Assembly: GCA_907165135.1 (NCBI GenBank)
Contig: OU015569.1
Span: forward strand, 6,820,001 to 6,884,000
Direction of reading: 5' to 3'
DNA length: 64,000 nucleotides
Source of the DNA: Oikopleura dioica
Taxonomy: Eukaryota; Animalia; Chordata
A model generated the notes under the pieces. The model had not been told where the DNA came from, made no database searches, and saw nothing but the letters and a program-made list of their open reading frames with translations. The position numbers and the translations under genes were made by a program. Within the stretch, counting starts at the first letter, position 1. Each line of letters starts with the position of its first letter. Positions 60,402 through 64,000 of this stretch are shown here, one piece after another.

Positions 60402-61577
60402 ATGAAGCTTGCCTGCCATTTTACCTTGATGACTGCAGTTTCTGCTCAAGGTGAAGAGAAGGGAAGATGGGTAACTGGACAGACTCTCGGGGCGAGATCG
60501 AGAATCAGTAGCATGATTCCAAACAACCCTCGAAGATTCAGGATCGGCTTTAGAGTCTTTCCTTTTTGGAGCTTTAATATTTCAATGAAGGGTACAAGAT
60601 TGTTGTATCATAATAAATAAGAATTCGCTAAGCCCGATAAGTTTGTTCACTGACATCATGACTCATCGAAATTCAAACTTTAACGTCTATTACGGTGGTT
60701 CTTACGGCTGCCACTGCGCCTTCCTTGCCTCTGACCGACCTCTCACTTCACCTGGAACCGGACCACCAGTCGATGATCTTGACAGAACGTGCAAAAACTT
60801 CAAGTCTTGTCTCTCTTGCGCCCGAGAAAAGTACGGAACGACGTGCATTTCAGAGCTTCAAGAATACGGCTACACGAAGGAGTCGAATGGCTACATTCAG
60901 TGCACCGACCAAGCGGATACTTGCCAACGTGCAATTTGCGAATGCACAGCTCTCTTTGCCGTCGAGCACGCAGCTATCGACGACGTTACTAACGGATTCC
61001 TCCATTACATGAACTACCCTATGTTCAAGCATCAAGAAATCTGCCGTGAGTATTTTTTTATTCAAAATTGTTTGTTTTCCTTAATTTCTGAATATTTTGA
61101 TTTTAGCGCATCTGTGCAATAAAGAGAAGTTCGATTTGAGCAACTCGAGCGAGCACCTTGAAGAAGGAACGTCGGACGGGCGATATCCATCGCTTGAATT
61201 CCTTGTCAACGGTAGAAAATGCTACGAAAAAGAAGACGGATCTCAAATCGTCTGGAACAGCGAGCAGCAGAGATGGGAGATTACGAAAGATGGGGAAGTA
61301 GAGTTTGTTCACCTTTCCGACCAAGCGTGTCCTCCAAAAGAAGGCTGGAATTTAACAAACGAGGATGGTTCTGTTGGAGAAGGCGCAAACATTCTTGTTG
61401 GGCGACCAAATGTGGGACCTGAGGAAGCATACGACGGACAGGTAAGCTTAGACTTTTTAATGAAAAATATCAAGTTCCTAGTGCTGCGCTAATCCAATCG
61501 GACCATTTTCAATTTTCAACTCGGTGTCTCAAGAATGTTGCTCGGATGGATCCATAGCCGCTATTGGTGACTGCTAG
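60402..61577 (+). CDS. Secreted phospholipase A2-domain protein, probably catalytically inactive
   Basis: Signal peptide; SYGCHCAF..GPPVDDLDRTCKNFKSCLSC; CTDQADTCQRAICECTALFA; C-terminal QECCSDGS. Confidence 0.85.
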
Positions 61578-62213
61578 ATCATAAGACTAATACTCAACAT
61601 GATTTCTCAAATTATAATCTGTTCTCTGTAAATAAAATCCTAAAAATAAAAAGACCAGGTCATTACGACGGGACAATTTTTTGAACGATTTTTCAGGCTG
61701 ATGTTTTTTTTCCCTCAAAAATTCGCGCGGGAAATTCGTCAGAAGTTTCGCGTGGAATATTATGGTCTTGGTTGCATTCCAGGGCTCCTTTTAACGTCTG
61801 TCGCCTTCTTTACTGATGTTCCTTGAGCAAACTGTTTTCCGAGATCGATGAAAGTTTTCGGTTCTGCGGCAGAACTTGTGCCATTAGTAATAAATATCCA
61901 AACATAGGATTAGAGTTGACTTACAGTACGGACTGCCATTTTCTCTAATAAATCATTAGTCATGATAATCTAGCTTATTTAGCTTATAACATAAAGTTAG
62001 ACCGGTCTATTAAAGAAATCTAGAAAGAAATCAAAGGGCCGCCCAAAAGAGAGCTGCGTGTGAGCAGCCATGTCTCCGAGACTGCGCGGTGTCCAAAGTT
62101 TTGAGTCGGTTCTGGCACCTAGGGAAACTCGGCCTCCTGAAAACTGAGCACACGTGTTTTGAGCCAGCAACCACTCACAAGCCTTATTTCCGATTTTTCT
62201 TCTTTTTTTTCAA

Positions 62214-63994
62214 ATGCGGCTTACGTACTTGGAAGATCCGGAGACATGGACGAAAGCATACGGAATATTGAAGAAGCTTGCGATAGAGACTAACAATTTG
62301 TATCAAAAGAACAGTGACCAGTTTAAAAAAGTCCGGAACAATCGAAGGTTTGCTTATACAATCAACAAACCAGTTTATACCAATAAACCGCCAAAAAAGG
62401 TATTAAATGTTGAGGTTAGTCACTGGAAAGAATTATTAATTAGGAAATTACTCTGCAGACAATCATCGACGATATAGATGAGCTTCTCCATGTTTGCAAG
62501 CTCATCAAAGAAGCTCTCGACGGTCTTTTCGAAATTTTTTCACCGAAGCCAACGTACACAGATTTTCTGGAGCTTCTCTCGCAGAATACCGACTTTGATA
62601 TCAATCAACATAAATATCGGTCGGATTGCATCATCCTCGCTGTGCTCCAGTATGAAAGAATATCTTTTTCGGTATTAAATTTGTATTCAAGTGATCTACT
62701 TTTGTACGGCCTCGATAGTCTCCCAGATATTGTCCAAGAAAACCGAGTTCTTAGCCGTGGAGCTGCCCCATACATCGTGCTTTTCATATTTATTGAAGAT
62801 CTCTGGAATAGCTTTTTACTCGACTTCGACGCTGGAATTGCTGAGCTGAAGAAAATCAAGGCCGGAATTCGCAATCGCTGCCGAGCGCACTTCAGCCGAC
62901 AACTAGAGCCAATACAAATAACTAGAGTTGTCGGCGTCAAGTTAGCAGATATGATCCTGAAGAAAGCCTGGTCTGGACAAGGACAGTCGCCTCCCGATTT
63001 TTACTGGCAAGCAGGTCAGAATCCAGGGCTTTCTTGGGCCAAGCGTGGACTCACTCAAGGTTAGCTCCCATGATATTTCTTATGAAAATTATTTATTAGC
63101 TCTTCGAGGCGCGAAGAAAATCATCTATAAGTCATTATGTGTCTTCCAAGAAGGAGCCATAAAAAGTCACAAGAACTATCCTCTTCGACTGATCACAGCG
63201 AAGAGTTTCGTTAGAAAATGGGCCTTTCGACTTTCTCAGATGGTCAAGCCCAATCAACCCAGTGGATCGGATGATCGACACGATCACAAGACGATTGATC
63301 CGCGATTTCCTCTTCTTGCTGATAATGTGCGAAACCTAATGATGGGTCCCTTCTTCTCCAACAAGTTCAATGGACATTTTCGACCGATGGCCCGTGACGG
63401 TGATCAAATCGCTTTTCACGTTGAGCGGTTGATAGGTAAAAATTTGAAATCTCAAATTTCACATTTGAAAATCTAGGGCCGATTGTTGTCGGTGGAAGAA
63501 AGCCCAACGCCGCCGTTTATCGAGAGCGTGTTGTCGTTGTACAGAACTATGTGACAGGCGAATCCTTTACGCTGTCCTCCACATTTCCCGGAAGCGTGGA
63601 GAAAATCCTGTTTTCTGGTGACTGCATTGTCGTCTGGTCTGAGCCTACCTTCTCGAGGTTCTTACAATATTACTGGCAAAAGAAAAGCTGCGTGACTATT
63701 TGGTCCCGGAAGACTGGCGTCTTTCTACGAGTACTTGACTGGGACACAGAGGCACTTCACGCACGCTTTCCAGCAACAGAGATGTCCTTCAAATGTTTCT
63801 CCAACGAAATGAATGTAACAGCCTCGATAATGAATGTAATCATGTCGAAAGGAAGCAAAAATATCTGGGCGACATGGTCGGTGGTCCCTTTCCATTGCTC
63901 TTGCAAGAATGGAGTATGCTATCCAAACGAATTTTCTCATAGAAAAAGTAAACTTCTCGAGAAGACTGGGAAAATGTCTGTCAGGAAAGGATAA
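62214..63994 (+). CDS. Uncharacterised multi-exon protein (may start further upstream, ~61800)
   Basis: Consecutive exon ORFs 62214-62477, 62642-63064, 63045-63476, 63551-63994; last exon is rich in beta-strand-like segments. Confidence 0.5.
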
Positions 63995-64000
63995 GAAGTT

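Noticed and set aside
4722-63940. Numerous 60-140 aa antisense or alternate-frame ORFs in the supplied track
   Set aside because: They are shadows of recognisable coding exons on the other strand or frame and show no independent motifs

Overview
Gene-dense, AT-rich eukaryotic genomic DNA with about 35 multi-exon genes. Introns are mostly 40-80 bp and include GA-AG and GC-AG types, intergenic gaps are about 100-500 bp, and many start codons sit just after an unpaired AG acceptor. This architecture strongly suggests the appendicularian tunicate Oikopleura (inference; no search run). Recognisable genes: SPEF2, RSPH3, ATMIN/ASCIZ, TMEM234, a SPEN-type SPOC protein, SLC9A8, SEC13, RCAN, CFAP157, PLAA, a calmodulin-like protein, C10orf53, a VAP-like protein, MRPL2, an EGF-ZP protein, PGRMC, UBAP1, an ECI2-like crotonase, importin-alpha, a multi-alpha-crystallin protein and an inactive-looking sPLA2-domain protein. 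The most unusual items are an intronless 250-aa orphan ORF nested in a CFAP157 intron, a 542-bp hAT-type MITE with an 8-bp target-site duplication inside a degenerate pseudokinase gene, a protein with three alpha-crystallin domains, a five-trefoil secreted protein, an RRM-less RS/SPOC protein, and a divergent HAUS6-like gene. Gene models were assembled by eye, so CDS coordinates span start to stop codon including introns. Family assignments rest on recalled motifs, not database hits.
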